Of a stretch of DNA of 64,000 nucleotides, positions 55,606-64,000 are shown piece after piece (position 1 is the first letter of the stretch; every line of letters starts with the position of its first letter). Under the pieces are notes generated by a model. The model saw only the letters and a program-made list of their open reading frames with translations. It was not told where the DNA came from and made no database searches. This stretch comes from Eledone cirrhosa (taxonomy: Eukaryota), in the NCBI GenBank assembly GCA_964016885.1, contig OZ024747.1, positions 35,898,001 through 35,962,000 on the forward strand. Reading direction: 5' to 3'. The translations under genes and the position numbers were made by a program.

Positions 55606-56619
55606 TAATGAAAATAAACAAGAGAAAATAAAATATAAATAAGGAAACGATATAATTGAAAAGGGATGAATAACTATGAACAATGTCACTATGATTGAAA
55701 AGAACCAAATAAAATTCATAGATGAAAGTAAAATAAAATACTAAAAACAAAATAATGTAAAAGGAATAAAGAAAGGGAGAATAAATATTAAGATTAAACC
55801 TAGATAGAGGAATGTATAGAAAATGACAGGACGAATTGACAACAGAGTATGAAACATCAGAAAGCTGTAGAATGCAATAAAATTAAATGTTATAAAATAA
55901 CAAACGATAGGAATAATAAAAGGAAACATTGATGGAAATAGGAGGTTATTGATATAGGGAAGAAGTGAAATATAACAATGCATAAAGGAATCAAACGACC
56001 AATATTGTCAATTATTGTCAATTATTGTCAGTGCTACTGAATGTTTGTAAGAGATACAGAAAGATATACATCTTCCTACCACACATACAGTAATTCATTC
56101 AATCATATTATGAATTATATAGATAAGCATGCATGGTGAGTAAAATTACAAACAATAAAGAAAAGGTGACAGTAATTGAAATCCTATTGGAAGTTCATCC
56201 AACAAAATTAACTGGCAATTGTTGTTTTAATTTCACCGTTGATTATTCTTTATGTATAATGTCAAGCTAAGGCTTGAATTCAGAATTGGCAGATACTCGT
56301 AAATGTATTGTTTCCTTGACCAAAACATATGATGTCTATGACTTTTGTAAGATGTCGAATAAAAATGACGTCCTTTGAATAATCGACTAAAAAAAATAAT
56401 GAATACTACGTTTTCAAATAGAAATATTATTAGAAACGGAAGTTGATAATTGTGCAATAAACTTGATTTATTTGTTTAAAAATCAGCACTAATATGAGGA
56501 TTAGTACAGTACCTTCATGGTATTTGAATAGTCAATTAAACCCCAGAGGGAATGCATAAGGACTGGTGTATCAGGATTGTCTTTGTACGTAAGTGATCTT
56601 GGACATTACATGTTTGAAA

Positions 56620-63465
<6,846 letters not shown>

Positions 63466-63469
<4 letters not shown>

Positions 63470-64000
63470 TTTGTTTTTCGTGTGTGTGTGTGAGCTGAAG
63501 GTGTTTCCCAGTCACCAATTGATTGTAAAATACTTGTTTTGGGAGTCTTTCCTCATTATATGCGCACAACACGACTTACCTAATGCATTTGAGAGGATAT
63601 GATGCTAGATTCAATGCTCGTGCAACCGTCATGTATAAGGATTTGCGTATCAGGTTTTTTATCTTGCCATTTGATGTTTAGGATCCGTCTTAAAAACTTT
63701 TGATTAAAGTGCTCAAGCATATTAAGGTGTCAACGATGTACTGTCCACGTTGCTGAAGAGTACAACGGAGCACTCAGAATGCAGGCCTTGTACAGATTAA
63801 TCTTAGTCTTGATATTGATGCCATGATCCGACAAAACTCTCTTTTCAGATTTCCCGAAGGTTACAGACATCTTCTGAATGCGTAGGTATATTTCTGCATT
63901 CATCGAACCATACCGTGATAATGCACTAACTAGGTAAACAAAAGTGTCAACTACACCCAACCTAGTTCCATGTGCCATTATATTTGGCTCAATATATGCC
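63466..64000 (-). pseudogene. RTE LINE RT C-terminal region (runs off the window)
   Basis: VDTFVYL.S, EIYLRIQK, TKINLYKACILS..LYSSATW, FLRRILNIKWQDK, ERLPKQVFYNQL..GK. Confidence 0.85.

Noticed and set aside
54650-56000. Strongly purine-skewed tract, possibly an ancient LINE
   Set aside because: No translatable motif I can support.

Overview
AT-rich eukaryotic DNA, most likely intronic or intergenic. The SINE and LINE content suggests a cephalopod such as Octopus, but that is inference. No host protein-coding gene can be supported apart from one candidate 39-nt microexon; nearly all ORF-track entries are translations of (TA)n/(CA)n/(AAT)n microsatellites. Recognisable elements: a near full-length Tx1/L1-clade LINE in an (AAT)n tract (48327-54360), a Chapaev3-type DNA transposon with TIRs and a TAA TSD (20240-21941), a decayed CRE-like RLE retroelement, several RTE fragments, tRNA-derived SINE copies, and many Penelope-like element (PLE) pieces. 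Two patterns not visible in the ORF track dominate the window: about 10 type I hammerhead ribozyme (HHR) motifs from several unrelated families, and repeated fold-back inverted duplications, nearly always next to (TA)n. The two strongest leads are (1) a non-coding ~2.3-mer of a ~536-bp HHR-bearing unit with a 15-bp TSD, whose 5' end lies 6 nt from the predicted self-cleavage site (retrozyme-like insertion, 16551-17864), and (2) a 6.2-kb self-nested palindromic PLE complex with an unrecognised ~400-codon N-terminal ORF, inserted at a TA inside an RTE ORF with long (TA)n tracts on both sides (57255-63465).
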